DNA from: Lama guanicoe
Lineage: Eukaryota
Reading direction: 5' to 3'
Assembly (NCBI GenBank): GCA_013239625.1
Contig: MU053487.1
Location: 186,001-250,000, forward strand
DNA length: 64,000 nt
Position numbers and translations under genes: made by a program. Shown here in pieces: positions 12,930 through 25,405 of this stretch. Position 1 is the first letter of the stretch, and every line of letters begins with the position of its first letter. A model generated the notes under the pieces. It had not been told where the DNA came from and did not search any database. It saw nothing but the letters and a program-made list of their open reading frames with translations.

Positions 12930-14370
12930 TTGAGATATATGGCATAGGACATTTTATTAGTTTCAGGTGTACAATGTAATGATTCAATATTTGTACATAT
13001 TACAAAATGATTACCACAATTAGTTAACACCTGTCAACATACGTAGTTAAAAAAACTTTTTTCTTGTGATAAGAACTTTTAAGATTTACTCTCAGCAACT
13101 TTTAAATATGCAATACAGTATTATTAATTATAATCACCATGCTGTATATTACATCCCTGTAACTTATTATTTTATACCTGGAATTTTGTCCCTTTTGACC
13201 CCCTCCACCCATTTTGCTCACTGCCCACCCCTACTGGCAACCACCAGTCTGTTCCCTGGAATTGTCAGCTCCATTTTTGTTTTATTTTTTCAGGACTCCA
13301 CATATGAGTGAGATCACGTGGTATTTGTCTTTTTCTGTGCGACTTACTTCACTTAGAATAATGCCCTTAAGGTCCATCTGTGTTGTTACGGATGGCAAGA
13401 TTTCATTCTTTTTTGTGGCTGAAGAATATTTTGTCTATCTCTATTTCACATTTTCTTTGTCCATTCATCCATTGATGGACACCTAGGTTGCTTCCATATC
13501 TTGGCTGTTGTAAATAGTGCTGCAGTGAACATGAGAGTGCATGAATCTTTTGGGTTATGTTTTTATTTTCTCCGGACAGAGACCCAGAAGTAGAGTTTCT
13601 GAGTCATATGGTAATTCTATTTTTAAGTTTTTCACGAAAGACCATACTGCTTTCCATAGTGGCTGCACCAATTTACATTTCTACCAGGAGTATGCAAGAG
13701 TTTCCTTTTCCACATTTCTTGTCTTTCTGATAATAGCCATTCCAGTAGGTGTGAGGTGATATCACACTGTGGTTTTGATTTGCATTTCTCTAATGATTAC
13801 TGATGTTGAGTACTTTTTCATGTTGGCCATTTGTATGTCTTCTTTGGGAAAATGTCAGTTCAGATCCTCTGCCCATTTTTTAGTGATTTTTTTTTTTTTG
13901 CTATTGAGTTGTATGAGTTCTTTATATATTTTGGATACTACCGCCTTATCAGATACATGATTTGCAAATATTTCCTCCCATTTAGTAGATTACCTTTTCA
14001 TTTTGTGGATGGTTTCCTTTGCAAGGCAGAAGCTTTTTAGTTTGATGTAGTCCCACTTGTCTATTTTTGCTTTTGTTGCATTTTCTATTGGTGTCAAGTC
14101 CAAAAAAATCATCTCCAAGATGTTTATGGTTTCAGGTCTTACATTTAAGTCTTTTATCCATTTCAAGTTAATTTTTTGCATATGGTGTAAGACAGGGTTT
14201 CATTTGTATGCGGCTGTCCAGTTTTCCCAGCACCATTTATTGAAGAGACTATTCTTTCCCCATTGTATATTCTTGGCTCTGCTGTCATAAATTAATTGAC
14301 CGTATGTAACTGGCTTTGTTTCTGTGCTCTTTATTATGTTTCATTGACCTGCATATCTGTTTATATGCCC
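12930..14370 (-). mobile_element. L1 3' fragment
   Basis: [27 protein letters not shown] on -; 3' UTR similar to the 1245-3945 copy. Confidence 0.92.
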
Positions 14371-14525
14371 ATAGAGTGTGCGCATTAGCATATATGTGTG
14401 TATGTGAGTGTGTGTACTGAGTGAGCATGTGTGTTTATATACATGACTATATATGTGAATGCACACTTATATGCATGTATATATATTGTGTGGGCTTATA
14501 TGTATGGATGTGTGTGTGTGTGTGA
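14371..14525. repeat. Degenerate (TG/TA)n microsatellite
   Basis: tgtgtg/tatatg runs. Confidence 0.8.
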
Positions 14526-14844
14526 GAACATCCCAGGCAGAGGAAATAGCACTTGTGAAAAATCATGCTGTATTTGGGCAATCTTGCACAGTTTAGTTTC
14601 CTTCTGCTCTTGGCCTGTGTGTATATTTATTTGCACTTCTTTGGAAGTGCAGGGAACAGCATTTTCCTTTGAGCTTATCCCTAATTAACATTTTATGACT
14701 ACTTTCTCCTGTTACCACATACTCTTCGTAATTACCACTTGAATCGCTGCTGAATACTCCATGGAGTTCATATGTAATGATTTACTTATCCTTTTTGTTG
14801 CTTTTTAAAATTGAAGATAAGGCTGAAATAACCACTTTAAATAT

Positions 14845-15020
14845 TTTTCTTTTTTTAAATTATTTTTTAAAATATTTATTTATTACTGTATTAATTATTT
14901 TATTTTGGTGGTGGGGGGAGGTAAGTAGGTTTGTTTATTTTTAGAGGAGATGTTGGGGGTTGAACCCAGGACCTCATGCATACCAAGCATGCGCTCTACC
15001 ACTGAGCTATACCCTCCCCC
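14845..15020 (-). mobile_element. Vic-1-like SINE
   Basis: Reverse complement of GGGGGAGGGTATAGCTCAGTGGTAGAGCGC...GGGTTCAACCCC. Confidence 0.88.
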
Positions 15021-15104
15021 TGTATTATTTTTTTTATGATAACTTCCTGAGGTAGAATTACTGGATCAAAGGAGGAGAATAGTTTTACAGTGCTTGTAAC
15101 AGTT

Positions 15105-15830
15105 TTTAAAAAACATATATATATATTTGACATGTAATATTGTGTAAGTTTAAGATGTACAACTGTTGATTTGGTACATTTATAGAAAAATGATTACCAT
15201 TGTAATGATAGCAGCACCTATCACATCACATAATTACCATTTCTTTGTGATGGGAATAATTAATATCTAGTCCCATAGCAAGTCTGGTTTTATTCTGCAG
15301 TATTGTTATCTGTAATCACCATACTGGCTATTAGATCTCTGGGACTTATTTATCTACCAGTTGCAAGTTTGTTCCCTGGCACAGCATCTCTCCTGTTTCC
15401 CCACCCCTCCAGGCCGTAGTAACCACCATTTGACTCAGTTTTTATGAGTTTGGCTTTCTTTAGATACCGTATGTAAGTGGTATTGCACAATGTCTGTCCT
15501 TCTCTGTCTGACTTACACCATAGCTTTATTTGTTCTTCAGTTGGCAGGCACTTAAGTTGTTTCCATATCTTGGCTATTGTAAATCATGCTGCAGTAAAAC
15601 ACAGGCGTGCTTTTATCTCTTTGATATCCTGTTTTCATCTCCTCTGGGTATATACCCAGGAGTGGAATTGATGGATGATATGGTAGTTCTCCTTTTAATT
15701 TTTTCTGGAACCTGCATATTGTTCTCTGTAGTGGGTTAACTAACTTACATTCCCACCAACAGTGCAGAGCGGTCCCCTTTTCTCCACATCCTCACCAACA
15801 CTTGTTTTTCTTGTCTGCTTCATGATACTG
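15105..15830 (-). mobile_element. L1 3' fragment
   Basis: ttccatatcttggctattgtaaat, tacattcccaccaacagtgc, ccacatcctcaccaacac. Confidence 0.85.
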
Positions 15831-15999
15831 GTTTTATTTTCTATTTTTCTTTGTTTCCTGTTTTAACAATTTCTACTCATAGCTTTTTAAATCTCATTTT
15901 TTTCTTTTTTTGAGTTGTGTTTTCTTTAGCTACTTTCATAAGTTGCACATTTAGCTTGTTATTTTTCAGCATGTTTATCTAATATTAGATAAGTTCTTT

Positions 16000-17741
16000 T
16001 TTTTTTAATTGAAGTAGTCAGTTACAATTTGTCAACTTCTGGAGTACAACACAGTGTCCCAGTCATATACATATACTTATTTTCATATTCTTTTTCATTG
16101 AAGGTTATTATGAGGTGTTGAATATAGTTCCCTGTGCTATACAGAAGAAACTTGGGTTTTTTTAAAATCTGTTTTTATATATAGTGGCTTACATTTGCAA
16201 ATCTCATACTCCCAAATTTATCCCTTCCCACCCCCTTTCCCTGGTAACCATGATTGTTTACTATGTCTGCGAGTCTGTTTCTGTTTTGTAGATGAGTTCA
16301 TAGTATCCTTTTCTTTCTTTCTTTCTTTTTTTTAGGTCTAGAGTGATATCATATGGTATTTTTCTTTCTCTTTCTGGCTTACTTCACTTAGAATGACATT
16401 CTCCAGGGCTATCCATGTTGCTACAAATGGCATTATTTTATTCCTTTTTTATGGCTGAGTAGTATTCCATTGTATAAATATACCACAACTTCTTTATCCA
16501 GTCATCTGTCAATGGACATTTAGGTTGCTTCCATGTCTTGGCTATTGTAAATAGTGCTGCTATGAACATGGGGTGCATGTATCATTTCACATTAGAATTT
16601 CCTCCAGATGTATACCCAGGAGTGGGATTCCTGGATCATATGGTAAGTCTAGTTTTAGTTTTTTGAAGAATCTCTATACTGTTTTCCATAATGGCTGTGC
16701 CAAACTACATTCCCACCAGCAATGAAAGAGAGGGTTCCTTTTTCTCCACAGCCTCTCCAGCATTTATTGTTTGTGGACTTTTGAATGATGGCCATTCTGA
16801 CTGATGCGAGGTGATACCTCATTGTAGTTTTGATGTGCATTTCTCTGATAGTTAGCAATATTGAGCATTTTTTCATGTGCCTGTTGGCTATTTATATGTC
16901 TTTGGAGAATTGCTTGTTTAGGTTTTCTGCCTGTTTTTGGATTTGTTTTTTTTTTGTTTGTTTGTTATTAAGTTGTATGAGCTGTTTATTTATTCTGGAA
17001 ATTAAGCCTTTGTCAGTTACATCATTTGAAATATTTTTCACAAATATTTTCTCCCATTCTGTAGGTTGTCATTTTGTTTTGCTTATGGTTTCCTTTGCTA
17101 TGCAAAAGCTTATAAGTTTAATTAGGTCTCATTTGTTTATTTTTGCTTTTATTTCTATTGCCTGGATAGGCTGCCCTAGGAGAACATTGCTAAGATTTAT
17201 GTCAGAGAATGTTTTGCCTATGTTTTCTTCTAGGAGATTTATCATGTCTTGCCTTATATTTAAGTCTTTAAGCCGTTTTGAGTTTATTTTTGTGTATGGT
17301 GTGAGGGAGTGTTCTAACTTCATTGATTTACATGCTGCTGTCCAGTTTTCCCAACACAACTTGCTGAAGAGACTGTCTTTTCTCCATTGTATATTCTTAC
17401 CTCTTTTGTTGAAGATTAATTGACCATAGGTCTGTGGGTTTATTTCTGGGCTAACTATTCTGTTCCATTGACCCATATGTCTGTTTTTATGCCAATACCA
17501 TGTGTTTTGATTACTGTAGCTCTGTAGTATTGTCTGAAGTCTGGGAGGTTTATTCCTCCAGCTTCATTCATTTTCTTTATTGCTTTGGCAATTCTGGGTG
17601 TTTTGTGATTCCATGTAAATTTTAGGATTATTTGTTCTAATTCTGTTAAAAATGTCCTGGGTAATTTGATAGGGATTGCATTGAATCTGTAGATTGCTTT
17701 GGGTAGTATGGCCATTTTAACAATATTGATTCTTCTAATCC
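16000..17741 (-). mobile_element. Relatively young 5'-truncated L1 with TSD
   Basis: Well-preserved ORF2 peptides ([30 protein letters not shown]). 19-bp TSD aatattagata(a/t)gttcttt at 15981-15999 and 17742-17760. Confidence 0.95.
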
Positions 17742-17899
17742 AATATTAGATATGTTCTTTAGGCAATAAACTCAAAGCTGTACTTTCGTTGAATCTCACA
17801 AATTTTGAAGTTTAATGTTTCTCTTACTATTCAGTTTCAAGTATTTATCAATTTCCATTATTACTTCTTTGACCCATATATTATTTTTAATTTTTTAAA

Positions 17900-18340
17900 T
17901 TAATTATTTTTATTATAAAGTATAATATATAGTTATAGGACCACATAAAACACACATATTAGACAAATACCCTTGTAGCCACCACCTAGGTTGGTAAATA
18001 AAAATTTGCCAGTCACCAAAGAAGCACCTCCATGTCCCATTCAAATCATAACTACTTGTCCCCTGTCCAGAAGTAATCACTATCTTGACTTACAGCTATC
18101 ACTATATTTCATTTCTTTATAGATTCATCACCTATATGTGCATCCCTACTCATTACAATTTAGTCTTGCCAATTAAAAATTTTTTTAGATAGGAATTCTA
18201 TACTGTTGATGGGAATGTAAATTGGTGCAATTACTATGTATGGAGGTTCCTAAAAAAACTAAAAAATAGAATCACCATATGATCCAGCAATCCTACTCCT
18301 GGGCATATATCCAGAAAATACAAAAACTCTAAAAACTCTA
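17900..18340. mobile_element. L1 fragments (old - strand piece, then a + strand ORF2-end piece at 18190-18340)
   Basis: gggaatgtaaattggtgcaa...catatgatccagcaatcctactcctgggcatatatcca. Confidence 0.75.
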
Positions 18341-18559
18341 ATCGTGTAGAACGGTACCTAAGGTTGCTTTACCCTAGGGTAGGTACAGTGCTCCGATGTT
18401 TTGTGGACCTTCTCTCCCTCTTCAAGCCCATGGATTTTCAACTCACCGCTGATGGTTACCTTTGAAGAATTTTGAAGAACTTCCATAGGTGGCTATTTGC
18501 CATCTCGCCTTCCCCCTGCTTCCACACACGGAGACCCAGACTCTCGTATTTACTTCTAG

Positions 18560-18730
18560 GGCTGTGGGGGTCGAGACCCCACGGCTGTCCCCGACCTGAC
18601 CGCGGCCCCGCCCACGCTTGCGCGCTCGGAGAAGCCGCTCTGCTTTCCGCGGTGCGCACCCGGCTTCTTCGCCACTGCACCGTCATCAGCAGGGCATCTC
18701 CGCCGCCGGGATGTCGGGGCCTCCCTCAGA
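18560..18730. promoter_or_regulatory. Small intronic CpG-dense patch with GC box
   Basis: About 21 CpG in about 150 bp within an AT-rich intron; GGCCCCGCCCAC at 18604-18615. Confidence 0.45.
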
Positions 18731-19395
18731 CCCTTTCGTGCTGACAACTGTTGCTTCTACTGGGAAAGCTACTGATGTCAGCCGAGTTTCTGCTTGCTTC
18801 TCTCAGCTTTTCTTTCTTCCCATCTTTCCTGTCTTCTGTGGCTTCTTGGCTTTTGCTCAGGAGACTGGTCACTTTGAGGCCTTGCCTCAACTAACTAACA
18901 AGCTCCATCGTTCTGCCTTGTGAACAAATGCATCAGCTTTTTTGGGCCATGTCATTTGAGGCTCAGGCATCTGATCCTGTCTGGTACATCTACTACCAAA
19001 GAGGGGTTTGCACTGTCTGTTATGGGCATGGGAATTAGAAAGATTTAGCTCCCACCAGGCTCAGTGCCTGGGAGATGAGACAGTTGGTCTTGACTAGAAT
19101 AAGTTATGGTTTCCCATCCCATGTCCATGTCTTAGAGCAAGGGAAGTAAAAGTTTGATGCGTTCTGGTTTAAGGGGATCTGTGTAGTGTGTCTAAAACTT
19201 GCTTTGGAATGTGCAAACATTTAATATTTCACAGTAGTGATGTAAAAATTATAGGGTACTTGTGTATTACAAATTGAGGAATCTAGAAGAAATTTAGGAA
19301 TATCCAGGTGGTGCATTAGATTTTATCTTTCAAGTTATAAACATTCTAAAATGTTAACACCATCTCATTTTTGTGTTTTTTCCCTTTCTTCCTAG

Positions 19396-19450
19396 AATAT
19401 TTTCCTTCTTGGATATAGTAACTTTGTGCCGATGTGCACAGATTTCCAAG
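19396..19450 (+). CDS. FBXL2: FBXL2 exon 3 (IFSFLDIVTLCRCAQISK; F-box)
   Basis: cctag|AATATT...TCCAAG|gtagag; 55 nt. Confidence 0.96.
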
Positions 19451-19711
19451 GTAGAGTATTAACCATATTTTTAATCAAGGAATGTCAAGTTTTAATAGAA
19501 TGAAGATGAGTTTTAGTTCAAGTAGATAACTAAAAACTAAAATATCATCCTTTACACTTAATGTAACACAATGTTATCATCCTTCCACATTTAATTATCA
19601 GCTTAAGGTCTATCAAAAATAAACATTTTGTAATACAAAGCTTGAATCAAGACTTTCTTTAATGGTCTCAATAAATGTATCTTTTTCATCCCAATGCCTC
19701 CCACCTCCCAG

Positions 19712-19786
19712 GCTTGGAACATCTTAGCCCTGGATGGAAGCAACTGGCAAAGAATAGACCTTTTTAACTTTCAGACAGATGTGGAG
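19712..19786 (+). CDS. FBXL2: FBXL2 exon 4 (AWNILALDGSNWQRIDLFNFQTDVE)
   Basis: cccag|GCTTGG...GTGGAG|gtaagt; 75 nt. Confidence 0.96.
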
Positions 19787-21659
19787 GTAAGTTAATCTTG
19801 TTTTACACAGAAGACTTTTTAAAAAGATAAGGAAACTGCTCATCCTCTCCTGCCTTTTTATTTTGCTGCATGTAGATTTAATATTAATGTGCCAAGGTGG
19901 GACAGAGAGGGAAAAAAACATGGAAGATATTTGCAAAGATCAAGATCAAAATTCTGTTTGCGTTTGACTCTTTGCTTTGTATCAGCCACAAACTTTTACT
20001 TTCCCCCCTTGTTCATGTTTATAGTCTGAGTTTTACCACCCAGCTTTTTAAAATCTCATACCTGCATCATTAACATCTGGTTTAATGCTATATTCTTAGA
20101 AGACTCTTGACAAGCATGTACTGATCTGAAAGATTCACTGAGAGTTTCAGTTCAGCATCACGAATGGAGAAATGGCAGAAGCACAGGCCCCGGGTGAGGC
20201 TGGAGATACGAGGTGTCACTCCAGCTCAGCTGCTTAAACCACATAATCTCTCAGTGCCTCCATTTTATTACCTATAAAATAAAGAAGTACAATAATCTTT
20301 AAAGGCTTTTATAATTCCAGAATCCTGGTGTATTTACTTAGAAATACATAAATATCTTCATTTAAATGTGGGAAAGCTGATCAAATGAGAAAAAGTTTAT
20401 TTTAAAACAACTTCAATATTAAATACCAATTTGTAACCAAAACCAGAGGGAAGTGAAAAAGGCCACTGCACATAGTAATTGTCTACAGTGCTGTTTAAGG
20501 ATCTGGAGAGTCTGAAGTTTATTACCTTCCCAGCGTTGGGAAGACCTTACTCATTTCTAGTTTAGCCAACTCAGTTACAATCGTGTTGTGTTTTATTTAT
20601 TTACATCTATCCAAGTAGTGTGTTCATCATGTGTTTTTATCAAAGTCTATGCTTTGTGTGTTCTTTAACGGATAAGGAAATGAATGCATTTAACAGTGAG
20701 ATGGAGAGATTTGACAATTTCTGCAAGTCACGTAAGAACTGGCGGCCGGTGGTCGAGGCCCTTCACCTCCTCTAGGTGGCTTGCTGCCTGCCTGTCTCTG
20801 GTCCCATCTCAGACCAGTGGAGCAGAAGCAGTACAGGAGGTGGGGCTGGGCACAGGGCTTCCCACAGTCGGCTTCCCTTCCGGTGGCAGAGGTCTGAGCT
20901 TGGAAGGGGGCCGGGACGTCAGGGCTTCTCACGCCCTGGAAAGATAAGCTCTAGTTCTGGGCTTGGCCCCTGGTCCCTGAATCTTTTCTGCTCTTTGCAG
21001 ATGTGAAGCAGTGATTGCAATGCGCCCCACCCCAAAGTGCTGACATGTAATTCCTCTTTGAGCTGCTCATCTCTAGGTCTTTGTTCATTGTATTTACTTA
21101 GTGATGTTGAAGAGAACATTAAATTCCAAAAATTGTAGTCATTTCCACTGGCCAAGTGAGAGTTACTGGTTTAAAAAAATTTTATAAAATATGTTTTCTT
21201 TTTCTGTGTTTCTTATGGTCTCCTCAGTTTCTTTCCAAACTACAGCTTTTTGGAAGGCACATAAAAAACTTGTAAATTCAGATATTAAAAAATACTGTTT
21301 CAGGTGAACGTCACTATCTTGTGTGTTACCTGATTTCACACTTAGAGCTAATTGCTGACTGCAACTATGTGCACACATTGCAGAAATATTTGCACACTTC
21401 CATTAAAGGAGAGACTAGTTTGTGTTTACAGTTCTGTTGAGACCTACATGTGAAACATCTGGTCTAATACTGTTTAGTTCCCCTTTGGGGCAGCACATTC
21501 AATCCAGGGTAGATTGTGAGTCAGGTATGGGGTCTCCCATAGACACTAGATATCTCTCACCTGGGAAACATCCCATGGATGTTCTCAAATTCGTCTCTCT
21601 GGGATGAAAATGGTGATTTATGGATGTGTTGAGAGAAGGTGCCAGGCATCAGGATTGAT

Positions 21660-21810
21660 CTACTAATAGTATTTACAATGGGCCAGGCACTATTCTAAGC
21701 ACTTGACAGATATTAATTCATTGAATCCTCTCAAAAACACCATACTGAAGAAACTGAGGCACAAGAAGTTTGCATAACTTACATAAGGTTACCTAGTAAG
21801 TCACCTAGTA
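21660..21810 (-). mobile_element. MIR
   Basis: gccaggcactattctaagcacttgaca...gaagaaactgaggcaca. Confidence 0.75.
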
Positions 21811-22050
21811 AGAGGAGAGAGTAGGTGCCTTGAACAGTGGCTACGTGATTGTTGAATTGCAAAGAAGGGGGCAGAGTGAAGCGTGCGGGTGACAGGTGTG
21901 CTTCCTGTCTCTCCTTGAGCCCCACTGTCTCCTGAGCTGTTTCCCTGATGTTTAGGCATTTTCTGTGCCTTTAAAAAAATAGAGATTTTGTTGTCGGTGT
22001 CTTCATGGATATTGAAGAGTCTTCGAGGTTAAAAATGAGAAATAGCCAAG

Positions 22051-22180
22051 GGGAGAGAGGGTATAGCTCAAGTGGTGGAGCACGTACTTAACATGCACAA
22101 GGTCCTGGGTTCAATCCCCAGTACCTCCTCTAAAAAAAATAAATAAATAAGTAAACCTAATTAAAGAACAAACCAAAAAA
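22051..22180 (+). mobile_element. Vic-1-like SINE
   Basis: A/B boxes; TSD aaaa(a/t)tgagaaata(g/t)ccaag at 22031-22050 and 22179-22198. Confidence 0.9.
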
Positions 22181-22919
22181 AATTGAGAAATATCCAAGGA
22201 GTGGGTTAATGTATGAGCCATAAACCCAAGAATCCCTCCATTTGGGCCTTATTTTTCTGTAAAGCACTTCTTTCTAAAATGCATACATGCAACATACTGT
22301 CTCATAGATAATATACAGAATCATTGACTTGAATTTTGCATTTGGAAAAGATTTGCTCATTTTTTTCTATTAGTTGGAAACGATGGAGTAGAAAATTCTG
22401 AATGTAATTTTTTTATTCCAATACAAAAACCTTTGCTCCAAAGAAAGGGAGAATATAAGGTTTATATAAACATGACTGAGTTGAAATGGAGAAAACAGGT
22501 CGTGTGCTCCATTTGTAGACGTTGGTGTGGAGTTGTTTTTGCTGTTTTATTCAGTACTTAAATATTTATCTTGGGTTTCCAAGTCATAACCTTTTTTTTT
22601 TTCTCCCACTGGCAGAAATTTATTTTATAGTTGCCTGGAGTTTTATTTCAAAGATTAATTCTTAACTTAGGTAAGACTTGATCAAGAAAGCGTAGATAAA
22701 GCCACCAGCAGTATCAGTTTGCATTTTCGACTTAATTAAGAGGTTAGCTGGTAATAATATGTGTGAGCCCTGCCTCTGTGATCCTAGGGTTGGATGTGTC
22801 CTAGTGAATTCTTAATGCTTGCAGTTCAGTGTCAAGACTGCTGTTTTATAAAGTGAGGATAATAGTATTAAAAACTAAACAAAGTGGCCTTTTCAACGTT
22901 TCCTCCTTGAGGAGGTAGA

Positions 22920-23050
22920 AGTTGTGCAGAGCACACAGGCTTTCGAATCAGATAAACCTGTCATAAGCCCAACTCTCCTGCTCACTGGCGTGTGACCTTG
23001 GCAGTTTAACTGCTTACTTTCTTTTTCTGCAAAGCGAAAATAATGGATCC
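22920..23050 (+). mobile_element. MIR
   Basis: ggctttcgaatcagataaacctg...tgtgaccttggcag. Confidence 0.7.
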
Positions 23051-23054
23051 CGTT

Positions 23055-23483
23055 TGTATGAGTCAGGATTCTCCAGAGAAACAGAACCAGTAAGATAACG
23101 TGTGTATATGGTTGCAGACAGAGAGAGAAATTGATTATAAGTAATTGGGCCATGTGATCATGGAGGCAGAGGAGTCCTGAGATCTGCAGTTGGCAAGCTG
23201 GAGACCTGGGCGAGCTGATGTTTCAATCTGAGTCAGAGGCCAGAAAAGACTAACGTCTGGCTGGCAGTCAGGCGGGGGAGTTCCTGTTACTCAGGCTTTT
23301 TTGTTCTGTTCAGGTCTTCAGTTGATTGGCTGAAGGCCACCCACATTGGGAAGGGCCATCTGCTTTACTCAGTCTACTGATTCAGATGCTAATCTAGAAA
23401 CTCTCACAGACACACCCAGAGTGCTGTTTGGCCAAACGTCTGGGCATCCTGTGTCTCGTCAACACGTAAAATTAATCATCACA
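23055..23483 (-). mobile_element. MLT2-type ERVL LTR (3' LTR)
   Basis: On - it begins TGTGATGATTAATTTTACGTG and ends ...TTCTGTTTCTCTGGAGAATCCTGACTCATACA (TG...CA). Confidence 0.85.
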
Positions 23484-24150
23484 GATTCTGCCCCTTGTCT
23501 TCTTGGCACCCATAGGCATCTCCTTAAAACCATACTTACTCTCCAAATAAAGACAAGAACAAAGTCATAATTCCACGTAATGTGATACAACTATCCAATG
23601 AACAACCCAAAATACACTAACCTTTCCCTTAGAAGAGGAGGTGAGGTCTTGGAGTGATGTTCACTATTCTCCCTGATATCCTGTGCCTTAAGTACAATGA
23701 TGTAGAATTAACAGTACTTAAAACTATGATATAAAGTCAACACATCTTATGTCACATGGTGAGTGAATAAGAGAGGAAAAGACGAAATATATGTGTTTTA
23801 TACACACACATTGATAACACAATAGGGAGAAAATCCTCATGACAGTTTAATAGCCCTAATTTCTGCAACTGGTCACGAGGACAGAGTTGGTGTTTATGAC
23901 CATCTTCTCCTGCCCTTTCTGTATTCTCGGTCTGCAGCAGGCACCTCGACTGGTGGTTCTTTACCTGGTAAGTGACCTGGGCCGTCGTGAGAGGTGTATA
24001 GGCCCACAGTGGCCCTGCTGGGGTGGCCCCGTAGTTTTCCATCGACTTTAATCGCGAGGTCTGTCCTTGCTGGGAGACCTTCTTCTGTGGCCACACATTC
24101 TCTTCGTACCTCCTCATGGTTGTCCTGAATATTAAGTGAGCCCTCATGGA
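23484..24150 (-). mobile_element. ERVL internal 3' remnant (pol C-terminus and PPT)
   Basis: Frameshifted peptides IKVDGKL, PGKEP, HQLCPRDQLQKLGL resemble the ERVL Pol C-terminus; purine tract adjoins the LTR. Confidence 0.75.
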
Positions 24151-24703
24151 TACAACAGAGGGTTAAAATCATGCCTGAAAAAGTGAAAGTCTTAATGTTC
24201 GTTTTCATTTTGCCTCCCCTAACGTATCTGCCAGGACCCAGCCAGAGTTCCTTTTTCAAAGCAAACGTGTTTAAATAGGGGATTGCTAAGAAGGATGAGG
24301 GGTAGCTTTTATGATACATTTTCTAATTTTTAGAGTGGTAACATTTAGCTAAAATAGAATTTCTTTCTTTAGGCATCGTTGTTTGAGATCTCTGCTCAGC
24401 AGCCAGGGTCCCCGCAGCTGAGCTCACAAGGACTTGCAGTGGGTGGAGGAGCTGTGAGCCCTGGCGAGGAGACACCTAAGTCCGGGGGGGAGGCTTGCAA
24501 ACTGAAGTGTGCGATTCATTTTTAACACTTAATGCTTTAACTGAAAACATGTTTCAGGGCTTGCAGCTCCTTTATACACCAGGGGCAGAAGTGGGGCGGG
24601 GGAGGAATGTTCCAAAATACTTCTCGTTCCTAAAGTTAAGGTGATTTTGCTGTTAGATAAGCCTCACGAAAAACAGGATTTTTTCCAACTTTGTCCGTTC
24701 AAG

Positions 24704-24798
24704 GGTCGCGTGGTGGAAAACATCTCCAAGCGCTGCGGCGGGTTCCTGAGGAAGCTCAGCTTGCGCGGCTGCATTGGCGTCGGGGATTCCTCCCTGAA
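24704..24798 (+). CDS. FBXL2: FBXL2 exon 5 (GRVVENISKRCGGFLRKLSLRGCIGVGDSSL-K)
   Basis: ttcaag|GGTCGC...CTGAA|gtaagt; 95 nt; AAG acceptor. Confidence 0.96.
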
Positions 24799-24934
24799 GT
24801 AAGTCGGGCCACGGTGACACGCCGTCAGGGCAGCTTGTAGCTGACGTTTGCATCAGCAAAATTATCCAAGTATTTTATTTGCTTTTCTTCTATTAAATTC
24901 TTTCTGTGGTAATTTGCGTTGAGTAATGAGAATA

Positions 24935-25130
24935 TTGTGACTGTGGAGTCAGCAGGCTTGAATTAGAAACCGAGCTCCAGTGTTCTCGGGGCCGTGACCT
25001 CGGGATTAATTACTTCTCTCTGACTGTCAGTTCTCTCCCCTGCAAAGTGAAGGCAGTTAGAGCTCCTTCGTGGCAGTGTCATGGGCGTCCCACGAAGTAA
25101 TGTCTGCAGTGCCAGGCACAGAATAGTGTT
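24935..25130 (+). mobile_element. MIR
   Basis: tggagtcag...gtgacctcggg...ttctctctgactgtcagtt...tgccaggcacagaa. Confidence 0.7.
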
Positions 25131-25250
25131 ATAATCTTAGTTCACATCTCTTCTCCCTCCCTCTTCACTTTCCTATCTTCCTAGGTTCCTTCTCATAATT
25201 GTGGCCAACTTCTTATATAAATTATACCGATTAACAGAATGATTCTTTTG

Positions 25251-25405
25251 GAGGGGGAGGGTATAGCTTAAGTGGTAGAGCACATGCTTAGCATACACAA
25301 GGTCCTGGATTCAATCCTAGTACCTCCTCCAAAAACCAACCAACCAACCAACCAAATTCACCCCCCACCAAAAAAAATAAATTAAAAAACAAAAACCAAA
25401 CCCAA
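25251..25405 (+). mobile_element. Vic-1-like SINE
   Basis: A/B boxes; TSD aatgattcttt at 25238-25248 and 25406-25416. Confidence 0.9.

Noticed and set aside
16830..17423. 197-aa hydrophobic + strand ORF
   Set aside because: Antisense reading of L1 ORF2, a common artefact.
20769..20782. Third CTCF-like motif CCTCTAGGTGGC
   Set aside because: Several mismatches to the consensus; too weak to call.
22051..22130. tRNA-like sequences with A/B boxes (all eight copies)
   Set aside because: They have A-rich tails, TSDs and divergent stems, so they are SINEs rather than tRNA genes.
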